A stretch of DNA of 46,292 nucleotides from Pseudomonadota bacterium (GTDB lineage: Bacteria > Pseudomonadota > Alphaproteobacteria > Rhodobacterales > Rhodobacteraceae): the NCBI GenBank assembly GCA_031376305.1, contig JANMDM010000337.1, positions 1-46,292 of the forward strand, written 5' to 3'. A program made the translations under genes and the position numbers. This document shows, piece by piece, positions 29,166 through 37,208 of this stretch; within the stretch, counting starts at the first letter, position 1; every line of letters begins with the position of its first letter. The notes under the pieces were generated by a model. That model was given only the letters and a program-made list of their open reading frames with translations. It had not been told where the DNA came from and made no database searches.

Positions 29166-30183
29166 GGGCGATCCGTGCAGCTTCCGGTGACAGTCGGTCG
29201 CGGACCGACTTCGGCGCGCGCAGGCCCAAAACGGCCCGAAGCAGTGCCTGTGCCTGCGGAAACTGGCCCTTCAGCACCAACTGCCCGGCTTTCGCAATGG
29301 CGAACCCAGACGCCACCGGCAGCGCGATCGGGTTGAAACGCCTGATGAACAGCATCCGGCTGCGATACTTGAACCACACCGAAAATGGTGAAGCCGTCCG
29401 CATCAATGTCGGCGAGCCGATGGCCGTTCCCGCGTGGTGGTAGGCGATGAAACCCGACGCGACCAGCAGCGGAAAATCCCCGCGCCGCAGGGCCCAGTCG
29501 GTTTCCTCGTAATACAAAAAGTAATCTTCCCGCATCGGGCCGACCGTTTCATAGAACCGCCGCGATGCGACCATGTTGGCCCCATTGATGAAATCAATCT
29601 CGCTGGCTTTGGGCATCGCCGCCGTAGCGGCCTGCTTGCCCTGATTTACGTCGCTTGTCACGCCGGTCCACATATTCAGCAGGCCGCCGTCGGTTTGAAT
29701 GGTATGGGGGGGCGTGGCGTAGCAGACCCGCCCCCCCATCAGCCCATAGACCGGGGTTTCCTGCGCGGCGGCAAGAATGGCGATGGTCGCCTGCGGGTCA
29801 GCATAAGCGTCGGGATTCAAAACCCAGAAATGCGCTATTTCTGCAAGGGTCGCCAGGGCCGACAGCCCCAGATTAACGCCGCCTGCGAAGCCAAGATTGA
29901 CGCCCGAATGCAGCAACAGCACCTGTGCACCCCGTCTTGGCTTGGCCAGCCCCTGCGCATCAACTTCGAGCAAGAGATCCTGACCACTGGCGTCCTTGCG
30001 ATCCTTGGCCCAGGACCGCACCGCCAGGACAGTCGTATCATCGGACGCATTGTCGACGACGACGATGGTCGGTGTCGGTCCGTCTTGTGCAATCAGGCTG
30101 TCCAGACAGCCTGCAATCACGTCCGAAGAATTGAATGCAACAATGACAACGCCAATCGACGCATCTTTTGATGTCTCGGCCAT
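29146..30183 (-). CDS. Glycosyltransferase family 2
   Basis: VVIVAFNS, VVVDNASDD, NLGFAGGVN.G, LNPD, YFLYYEETDW. Start taken at the ATG of MAETSKD. Confidence 0.9.
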   Translation of the reverse strand: MAETSKDASIGVVIVAFNSSDVIAGCLDSLIAQDGPTPTIVVVDNASDDTTVLAVRSWAKDRKDASGQDLLLEVDAQGLAKPRRGAQVLLLHSGVNLGFAGGVNLGLSALATLAEIAHFWVLNPDAYADPQATIAILAAAQETPVYGLMGGRVCYATPPHTIQTDGGLLNMWTGVTSDVNQGKQAATAAMPKASEIDFINGANMVASRRFYETVGPMREDYFLYYEETDWALRRGDFPLLVASGFIAYHHAGTAIGSPTLMRTASPFSVWFKYRSRMLFIRRFNPIALPVASGFAIAKAGQLVLKGQFPQAQALLRAVLGLRAPKSVRDRLSPEAARIALGKAAR

Positions 30184-30337
30184 GTGCAGCTCGGTCCGTT
30201 GAATCGCATTCATTCTCAGCGTATTATCCGATTTTGGTGTAAATTTGACCGCGAAGAGATTGATAGGCTTTCCCCCTGCCCTTGCCAAGACGAATGCAAC
30301 GGGTTCTTTGCTGATCGCACAATCGGCGTTGGATGTG

Positions 30338-31368
30338 TCATGGCTGGCGCCGTATCGGGGCCAGCTGCGGTTTGTCCCAGGGGGACGACCCCTCCAAAAA
30401 ATATCGCGCCAACCGCAGCGCCCGCGCAGCGTAAAGCCCCTGGCGGGGATCGGTTCGCGGCGCACGGCTGACAATCCAGCCGGCTGACGCGAAGCACCTC
30501 AAAAGCACAAATAAAGTCAAAGTATTAGCATCCAGATCCGGGGCTGGTCGTGCCCGCCGGTACCCCGCAACCAAAGCCCCGGCAATCGGCGCGAGGTTCG
30601 GTTCCTCAAGGTTTTGCACCAGCGCTGTGCCCAGATCATAAAGCCGGAAGCCAAACCCGCCGTCGTCAAAATCGATAAGCGCCAACCCGTCGGGCGTCTC
30701 CACAACATTCTCACGCAGCACATCGGCATGGATCAGCCCAAAGTCGCCCCCCTGCGCGCGCATCGCCGCCAACTGTGTCCTTGCGGTGTCGCGCGCCGCA
30801 AGGATGATCTGGCGGTCTGCGGGGCCAAACGCCGGATTTTCCCAGAACCGACCCAATGCGGGTCATCGCCAAGCAACCCGTTTTGGTCCCAGACCGGGCG
30901 GCTCAGCGTCGTGCCAACATCCAGCCCATCGCTCACCGAATGCAGCCGACCCAGCAGGTGCCCAAGGTTTTCGTACAGCCCTTCTTGTCGCGCCAGATCG
31001 CCCGGCAAGTTTTGATCTGCCCGCCCGATTGCGGCCCCGTCCATCCAGGACACGCAACTGGCGATCCGATCCCCCGCCATCGCCGTCAATCCGCCCCGGC
31101 GGGTCAGCAATGGCGCAGGCACCAGCACGCCCTGTCGCGCCAATGCGGCGGTCCATGCCAACTCTGCCTCAATCGCAGTGCGACTCTGGTAACCGGGCCG
31201 GTGCAACCTCAGCGCTGCCTGGCGCCCGTCGTCAAGCCAGACCCGAAAAACGGCATTTTCGCGAATCTGCACCAGTTGCGGCGGCCGCACCGCGACCCCC
31301 CAATAGGCAAGTGCGGTACCCGCCATGGCCGTCGCGCGCTCGGCGGATATCGGCGCAGGCGCCGTCAC
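30338..31368 (-). pseudogene. APH / homoserine kinase type II-like phosphotransferase, split by a frameshift
   Basis: The N-half (RENAVF, ALRLHRPGY, EL.W, LGRLH) and C-half (GRFW, GLIHAD...ENV, LIDFDD.GFG...YDL) are in different frames and join at DDPHW|GRFW near 30853. GTG start at 31368 has GGAGG. Confidence 0.8.
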
Positions 31369-31473
31369 GCCGCACCTCCGTACGGCGATGGTGCAAACCC
31401 TGTGACCCTCCACAGGCCGCCGCCATCGGCAGCCCAGGCATTTCCAAACCCGCACCCCAAATTCACCAAAGAC

Positions 31474-31893
31474 TCACTCATCCTCGATCTTGCCACGCAA
31501 TTCCTTCACCTCTCCCCGCGCGGTTTTTGCCGCCAGTCGCCGCCGCTTGCTTCCCAATGTAGGCTTCGTCGGCACCCGCCGCTTGGGGGCCACCAAGGCG
31601 GCGCGTATCAACTCGGCCAGCCGTTCCCGCGCCAGTTCGCGGTTTTGCACCTGGCTGCGCGTCTCTTCGGCGCGGATCAGGATCGCGCCCTCCAGCGTCC
31701 AGCGCCGCCCCGCCAGCCGCTTCAACCGTGACTTCACCGCCGCCGTCAGATGTGGGCTGCGCTCGGCCTCGAACCGCAGATCCACCGCGGTCGACACCTT
31801 GTTCACATTTTGCCCACCGGGGCCCGAGGCCCGTGAAAAACTTTCGCTCAGTTCCCAGTCCGCAATCGAAATCTGATCATTGATCCACAACAT
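31474..31893 (-). CDS. arfB: Alternative ribosome-rescue peptidyl-tRNA hydrolase ArfB
   Basis: RASGPGGQNVNKVSTAV, RSQ..NR and a basic C-terminal tail PKRRVPTKPT.GSKRRRL..K. Confidence 0.95.
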   Translation of the reverse strand: MLWINDQISIADWELSESFSRASGPGGQNVNKVSTAVDLRFEAERSPHLTAAVKSRLKRLAGRRWTLEGAILIRAEETRSQVQNRELARERLAELIRAALVAPKRRVPTKPTLGSKRRRLAAKTARGEVKELRGKIEDE

Positions 31894-31950
31894 GGCCCCG
31901 ACCTTAACGGATTTCCCGACCCGTCCGAAAGCCGTTCGATACCCGCCACA

Positions 31951-31982
31951 TTCATCTTCGCACAAATATCCCCGCCGGAGGC
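31951..31982. repeat. Possible interspersed intergenic repeat unit
   Basis: TTCATCTT...AAATATCCCCGCCGGAGGC resembles a short intergenic element I recall from Rhodobacteraceae genomes. Only one copy is present in this window. Confidence 0.3.
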
Positions 31983-32011
31983 TTCCCACCCCTCCTCGCC
32001 CAACCCGTGCA

Positions 32012-32046
32012 CGGAAAGGGCCGCCCCGAGTTAGGGCGGCCCTCCG
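32012..32046 (-). terminator. GC-rich hairpin with a weak U-tract upstream of arfB
   Basis: The minus strand reads AGGGCCGCCC-TAACTCG-GGGCGGCCCT-TTCCG. Confidence 0.7.
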
Positions 32047-32123
32047 AGATCTAAGGAGATGGACCAGTTAGGGTGCCGAAGTCGGCATGGCCCAGTCAGA
32101 GTTCTAAGCCTTCAGGTCTGCCC

Positions 32124-32180
32124 TCAGGCCACGGCCTCCCTGACTGTCCTGACACCTCTCTCCAATATCACTCTCGACAC
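32124..32180 (-). CDS. Unannotated 18-aa small ORF MSRVILERGVRTVREAVA
   Basis: GTG at 32180 directly follows GAAAGGAGGTGATCCA; TGA stop at 32124-32126. Confidence 0.55.
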   Translation of the reverse strand: MSRVILERGVRTVREAVA

Positions 32181-32208
32181 TGGATCACCTCCTTTCACTT
32201 GGTTGCCG

Positions 32209-32217
32209 TTATCCACA
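32209..32217 (+). promoter_or_regulatory. Perfect DnaA box TTATCCACA
   Basis: Exact 9-mer consensus match, located at the predicted start site of the small transcript. Confidence 0.45.
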
Positions 32218-32244
32218 GGCTGCCACAGATTTTGTGTTTGTCAA
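32217..32244 (-). promoter_or_regulatory. Candidate sigma70 promoter
   Basis: TTGACA (32244-32239)-N16-CAGCCT. A second candidate, TTCAAA-N17-(TGG)TATAAA, overlaps the end of the upstream gene. Confidence 0.4.
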
Positions 32245-32250
32245 AAGGTT

Positions 32251-32874
32251 TTATACCACCTTTTCTGTCAATTTTGAAACAATCACCCGGAATGGGATCA
32301 GCGCCACGACGGCAAGCGACAGTTTCACCAGCCAATCGGCGGTGCCAAGCGACACCCAAAGCGGCACGTCTGGCCCCGATCCCAGAAGCGGCAGTACCTC
32401 GCCCGCCCAGCCCACATTATTGCTTGGCTCAAGAAACGTCAGGAATCCGGCAAAGGCGATGGTGAAGAAGATCACGGTGTCCAGTGAAGCTCCCGCAAGG
32501 GTCGAGATAAAGGGCGCGCGCCACCAGCCCTGCGTACGAAACCGGTTGAAGACATGAATGTCGACAAGCTGTGCGGCCAAAAACGCCAAACCCGACCCCA
32601 TCGCCACGCGCAGTGTCACCAGAGGGCCGAACTGCCCGGCAATCTGCGACCCGATCAGCGAGCATAGGACGCCGACGACAAAGCCCGCAATCACCACGGT
32701 ACGCGCCGCCTTGGCGCCTTGCAGGCGGTTGGTCAGGTCGGTGACAAGGAAAGAGAAGGGATAGGTGAAGGCCCCAAAGGTCAGCCATTGGCCGTAAAGG
32801 AACTGCACGAGGATATTCGAGGCCACCACGATGGTGGCCATGGCAAGAATGCCAGGGATCAGATTGCGGGTCAT
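32251..32874 (-). CDS. Queuosine precursor transporter (YhhQ/Vut_1 family)
   Basis: ASNILV, TFGAFTYP.SFLVTDL, RVA.GS..AFL.AQL.D, DT.IFF.IAF, D..VK. Confidence 0.9.
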   Translation of the reverse strand: MTRNLIPGILAMATIVVASNILVQFLYGQWLTFGAFTYPFSFLVTDLTNRLQGAKAARTVVIAGFVVGVLCSLIGSQIAGQFGPLVTLRVAMGSGLAFLAAQLVDIHVFNRFRTQGWWRAPFISTLAGASLDTVIFFTIAFAGFLTFLEPSNNVGWAGEVLPLLGSGPDVPLWVSLGTADWLVKLSLAVVALIPFRVIVSKLTEKVV

Positions 32875-32966
32875 TTTGACTTCCGTTTTTACAAGGTCGC
32901 GGAGACTTGGCCCCCGCACCGCGCAGGGACGTGGCGTCGTTAGGCGCTTGGCCTCTGACCGTCAAG

Positions 32967-33866
32967 TTAATCTTTAAGCCTGAAATCCACCAACTCGGTA
33001 TTTAGGATCGGCAAAAAGTTGGTGTCCGAAATCATCGTGGCCCGCAACGCACCGGACGCATCTTTCCAGATCGCCAATCCTTCGAGGTTGCCCAACTCCC
33101 CCGCGCGGGAGGAAAACAACACCTCCTCGTTGAGCCCCCCGTGGTCGTCGAAACTGAACCGTCTGAGGCGCGACATCAGGCCCAAAAGCCCCCAATAATC
33201 CCGCTCCAAAACGTAAAGGCGGCCGTCGGGGCCAAAATCTGCCCCCACCGGTCGCCAACTGCTTTGCTCGGAAATCTCAAAGACCTGGTCCCATGCACCA
33301 CCCTGAAACCGAAACACCGGCACCGCGCTGACGCCCGCCGCGTCCCCCTCGGGCAAGGCATAAAGGCTGCCGTCTTGTGCAATGGCGATGCCCTCAAGGC
33401 CGCTGTTATCCCAAAATTCGGCGAAACCGCCGAAAATTGGCAGGGTTTCCGCCGGGCCACCATTGGCCGGAAACCGCATGACCCGGTGTTCCAGCTCAAA
33501 CGAAACAAACAGATCACCATTCGGCGCCGCCGCCAAACCCTCGGAATCGTCGAAAGGATCAATCAGCGACCGGCCTTCGGCGTCGAGCAGCGGGCGTGGC
33601 GGTCCGCTGATCTCGACGGCGGTGATCGCCCCGTTGTTGTCACGGCGCAACGTCCCTGTAATTACCGCGGCAGAATCGGAAAGTGCGGTAAACGCCATCC
33701 CGTCATCACTGACCTCAAGCCCCGAAAACCCACCGAAACGCGGCGCATCCCCCGCGAGGACAAACCGCCCCACCAGCTCTGCGCCCGATTGCGCATCCGC
33801 CAGCCACGGGCAGATCGCCACCGCGACAGCTGTCAGGATCACTCCGAGGCGAGGACGTTGGCGCAT
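32967..33866 (-). CDS. Esterase-like activity of phytase family protein
   Basis: FGGFSGLE, LSD, DSEGL, VSFE, NSGLEG, LYVLER, NLEGL, ISD.NF, plus a signal peptide. Confidence 0.85.
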   Translation of the reverse strand: MRQRPRLGVILTAVAVAICPWLADAQSGAELVGRFVLAGDAPRFGGFSGLEVSDDGMAFTALSDSAAVITGTLRRDNNGAITAVEISGPPRPLLDAEGRSLIDPFDDSEGLAAAPNGDLFVSFELEHRVMRFPANGGPAETLPIFGGFAEFWDNSGLEGIAIAQDGSLYALPEGDAAGVSAVPVFRFQGGAWDQVFEISEQSSWRPVGADFGPDGRLYVLERDYWGLLGLMSRLRRFSFDDHGGLNEEVLFSSRAGELGNLEGLAIWKDASGALRATMISDTNFLPILNTELVDFRLKD

Positions 33867-34729
33867 TGCTTGGGCAAATCCGCCATCGTGTAGTCACGCG
33901 GCCCTTTTTTCTTCGGCCCGGACGGTTTTTTCGGCGGATTTTTCAATTCGTCCAAATAGGTTGTCACCCACCAGGTCAGCGTATCATCACAACCATTGCC
34001 GCCATTTGACAGTTCCGCCACTGTGGGCGACTGGGTTTCGCAAGCACCTGATCCGGCCGGGCATTTCAGCCGCACATGAAAATGGTCATGGTGCCCGTAA
34101 ATCGGCCGGATTTTCTGCAGCCATTTCTTGTCCTTGGCTTTCGCGGTCTTGCACATCTCGATCTTGATGGCGGCGGCCACGAATATCCGGTCAACGCGCG
34201 GGTCAGAGGCCGCCCAGCGCAGCAAGGCATGATGCGTCGGCGTCCAGTTTGCGTTGACATGCTTCTGGTCTTCAGTGCGCACCGAATTTGCACTGATATC
34301 TTCGCGTTGTTTGCGGTTCAGGTTCAGGCTTGGCGGTGGCAAGTACCAGACATCCGCATCCAGCCCGGTCTGATGGCTGGTGTGCCCGGAGGTCATCGGC
34401 CCGCCGCGCGGCTGGCTCATATCGCCGATGTAAAGGCCCGGCCAACCCACCTGTTGGGCCGCCCCTGACAGGTCGATCAGATATTGCACCAGCGCAGGCT
34501 GCCCCCAGTTGCGGTTGCGCGACAGGCGCATCGCCTGCCAGCTTGGCCCGGATTCGGGCAGTTGCACCATGCCCGCGCCGCATCCGCGCGCGTATGACCC
34601 TATCGGACTGGCGCTTTGGTTCGAGGCCGTCGCAACCGCCCCGAAAAGGTTTCGCGCCAAAGGCGCGGCCGCAGCCGGCATGACCGACAAAAGACCAAGA
34701 CAAAAAACGCCAAGGCGGATCAGTGTCAT
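33839..34729 (-). CDS. mepA: Penicillin-insensitive murein endopeptidase
   Basis: IGSY..GC, RLSRNRNWG, GDMSQPRGGPM.SGH.SHQ.GLD.D, H.DHFHVRL.CP. Start at the ATG of MTLIRLG. Confidence 0.93.
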   Translation of the reverse strand: MTLIRLGVFCLGLLSVMPAAAAPLARNLFGAVATASNQSASPIGSYARGCGAGMVQLPESGPSWQAMRLSRNRNWGQPALVQYLIDLSGAAQQVGWPGLYIGDMSQPRGGPMTSGHTSHQTGLDADVWYLPPPSLNLNRKQREDISANSVRTEDQKHVNANWTPTHHALLRWAASDPRVDRIFVAAAIKIEMCKTAKAKDKKWLQKIRPIYGHHDHFHVRLKCPAGSGACETQSPTVAELSNGGNGCDDTLTWWVTTYLDELKNPPKKPSGPKKKGPRDYTMADLPKQCANVLASE

Positions 34730-36093
34730 GTGGTTCTTTCCCCCTTCGGATTGACCCAACGCAACAGCACCAGCCCCAGCAGAAACAAGAAGATCAGCGG
34801 AGAAATTCCGATGCGCTGACTGCCGCTCAACGCCGTCGCCGCCCAGATCATGGCAGGGGCGATAAACGCCGTGGCCTTGCCTGACAGGGCATAAAGGCCA
34901 AAGGCCTCGGTCGCGCGTTCCGGCGATGCGTGATAGACCATGAGCGTGCGGCTGGACGACTGAATGGTGCCACCCGCCGCACCAATCAGCGCCCCGCACA
35001 TGTAGAAGATGTAATCGGGCAAGGGGGATCCCTCGGCGAAAGGTATCCCAAAAATTCCCTCACGCGACATGCCGACGATAACCGCGCAGACTAGGATCAA
35101 AACCCAGCTTGACAGCACAATGACAGGTTTTGGCCCCTGGTCACTGTCCACGCGGCCACCATACCAACACGCCAGCATCGCCGCGATGGCCCCCACAATG
35201 CCAAAGACGCCAATCTTGGTGACGCTCCAACCCAGCACACCGCTGGCATAGATGCCGCCAAACCCATAAAGCGCGTTCAGCGCATCGCGGTAAAACATCG
35301 ACGACGCGAGATAGGCCGCCAGACTCCGGCGCTGCAGCAAGCTTTTCAGCAGATGACCCAGATCGGTCATCGCCTTGCCGACCCGCGGGCCGGGGCCGGA
35401 GGGCTTTGGCTCTTTCACCCACAGGAAGAAGGGGATCATGAAGGCCACATACCAAATGGCCGTGAACGGCCCGACAAAACGCGTACCTTCGCGGCGGGCC
35501 GCATCCAGCCCAAATGCCGGGTCCAGCCCGATCAGCGTTTTGCCGGTATCGCCGTTTTGCGAGAACAGCAGCAACATGATCGCCAACGCCAGAATCCCGC
35601 CCAGATAGCCAAACGCGAACCCATAGCCCGATATTTCACCCAGCTGCTTTTCAGTTCCCAGTTTTGGCAGCAATGCGTTGGTGAAGATCGTGGTGAACTC
35701 CATCCCGATCAACCCGACACCGAACCAGATCATGGCCCGGAACAGGTCAGGCTGGTCCGGCATCAGATACCAAATCCCCCAGGAGCCCACGACATACCAG
35801 ATCGAAAAGAACCAGATCCACACCATCCGCCGCCCGCTGCCATCGGCAATCGCCCCCAGAACCGGGGCCAGCAGGGCAATAAAAACCCCGCTGAAGGTCT
35901 GACCCGCGCCCCAGAAGGACTGCGCCGCAGCGCCCGCAGCTTTGGCATCCATGCCTTGGCCGATAAAATGTGCGGTCGCGACTTCGGCAAAATACGGGCC
36001 GAAGACAAATGTCAGAACCAGCGTGTTGAAGGGTTGGCTGGCCCAGTCAAAGAAATACCAGCCCCAGATGCGCTTTCTTGCAGATGTGGCCAT
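34726..36093 (-). CDS. MFS transporter (UMF1/ATG22-like)
   Basis: WYFFDWA.QPF, APVLGA.AD, SG.G...GYLGG, QSSSR, FGLYALSGKAT. Confidence 0.9.
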   Translation of the reverse strand: MATSARKRIWGWYFFDWASQPFNTLVLTFVFGPYFAEVATAHFIGQGMDAKAAGAAAQSFWGAGQTFSGVFIALLAPVLGAIADGSGRRMVWIWFFSIWYVVGSWGIWYLMPDQPDLFRAMIWFGVGLIGMEFTTIFTNALLPKLGTEKQLGEISGYGFAFGYLGGILALAIMLLLFSQNGDTGKTLIGLDPAFGLDAARREGTRFVGPFTAIWYVAFMIPFFLWVKEPKPSGPGPRVGKAMTDLGHLLKSLLQRRSLAAYLASSMFYRDALNALYGFGGIYASGVLGWSVTKIGVFGIVGAIAAMLACWYGGRVDSDQGPKPVIVLSSWVLILVCAVIVGMSREGIFGIPFAEGSPLPDYIFYMCGALIGAAGGTIQSSSRTLMVYHASPERATEAFGLYALSGKATAFIAPAMIWAATALSGSQRIGISPLIFLFLLGLVLLRWVNPKGERTT

Positions 36094-36177
36094 GCCCGCT
36101 TCCCCTCGCATTTACCGCGATCAAGCCCGAAAAGGCCGACGCGTGCAAGCCGCAGCGCGCCGACACCTCCGCGCAGG

Positions 36178-36708
36178 TTATGTTACCGGAGGCCACGGGC
36201 GCAGCGCGTCGGCGGCGATCCAGGCCTTTACCCAATCCGCCAGCTCAGGGCTTGGGGTGGCCTTGTTTGCCGCTGTCAGCACCTCGGCCGGGGGCACGAT
36301 CCCGCGGACGGATGTCACCGCCGAGCGGATCAGCAGGTGGCTGGTGCATTCGTCCGCCTTCCACATGCTTTGCTCCATGTAAAAGAACCGCTCGTCCCAA
36401 CCAATGCAGCGGCTACGCATCTCAAGCCGGTCAAAGGCCCGCACCCGGCGGCGATAGCGCGTCGTGTTGCCCGCCACCGTTATCCCCCAGCCCTTTTGCC
36501 GCAAAACATCAACAAGCCCGGTCCTGATCGCCAGCGGGATGCGTCCAAGGTCGAAAAGTGTCAACGTCCGACCGTTGTTCAGCTCCCTCCACATATCCAG
36601 ATCCCAGGGCCAACAGATATGATGGGACACATGGGTGTCGGTCAGCCCCAGCGCTGTTGCCCCCCGGTTGGTCCAGATTTCCTTGATCATGCGAACGAAC
36701 GGATACAT
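36178..36708 (-). CDS. Hot-dog fold acyl-CoA thioesterase family protein
   Basis: CWPWDLD...ELNNGR.LT..DLGR, RYRRR, WDERFFY.EQ. Confidence 0.85.
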   Translation of the reverse strand: MYPFVRMIKEIWTNRGATALGLTDTHVSHHICWPWDLDMWRELNNGRTLTLFDLGRIPLAIRTGLVDVLRQKGWGITVAGNTTRYRRRVRAFDRLEMRSRCIGWDERFFYMEQSMWKADECTSHLLIRSAVTSVRGIVPPAEVLTAANKATPSPELADWVKAWIAADALRPWPPVT

Positions 36709-36842
36709 GGCGTTCCCTTGGATTTTACGCCCTCACCTGACCAAGGCTGACGCAAAGGTCAACCGTCGACGTTGCGTTACCGGGTTGCGGGCGCGCGCGT
36801 CTGGCTTTACCTCTGGCGCAATCTTAATCTGCGGAGTTACCG

Positions 36843-37136
36843 ATGGCCTCGCTATTCGATGCGATCATGATCATCCTTAATGTTGTCTGGTACGTCATGC
36901 TCGCCCAGATCATCATGTCCTGGCTGATTAATTTTCAGGTGCTGAACACCCGCCAACCGATGGTTGCACAGCTGTGGCATAGCCTGAACCGCCTGCTGGA
37001 GCCGCTTTACGCCCCGGTTCGCCGCATCTTGCCCAACACGCCGGGGCTTGATTTGGCGCCCCTCGCGGTATTCATCGCGATTCTGATCCTCAAGCGGGTT
37101 TTGGTCAATAACGCGGGCTTCTTCTACGGCTACTAA
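36843..37136 (+). CDS. yggT: YggT family membrane protein
   Basis: IMSWLINF.V.N, L.EP...P.RR.LP...GLDLAP. Confidence 0.9.
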   Translation: MASLFDAIMIILNVVWYVMLAQIIMSWLINFQVLNTRQPMVAQLWHSLNRLLEPLYAPVRRILPNTPGLDLAPLAVFIAILILKRVLVNNAGFFYGY

Positions 37137-37208
37137 GCCGTGCCGCTCTCCACGCCCAGTGAAACCCGGCGCTCCGTCGCGCCCGCCCAAGAAAAGAACC
37201 GCGAGCCC

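Larger units (their letters stand above)
32012..32210 (-). ncRNA. Candidate structured small RNA / leader transcript containing a small ORF
   Basis: Upstream TTGACA, extended SD, small ORF, internal hairpin TGCCGA-CT-TCGGCA, anti-SD segment and terminal hairpin. Confidence 0.5.

Noticed and set aside
7045-30183. VPLPA-CTERM/PEP-CTERM substrate or PrsK/PrsR regulators in the locus
   Set aside because: No listed ORF ends in VPLPA/PEP + TM + basic tail, and there is no such two-component pair here.
32180-32196. 16S rRNA gene or fragment
   Set aside because: Only 17 nt match the 16S 3' end and the flanks are not rRNA-like. It is better explained as an extended SD on the opposite strand.
35353-36750. 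465-aa plus-strand ORF and similar long antisense ORFs (1920-2870, 3747-4616, 25362-26588, 44455-45549)
   Set aside because: These are shadow frames opposite well-supported genes, as expected in GC-rich DNA.
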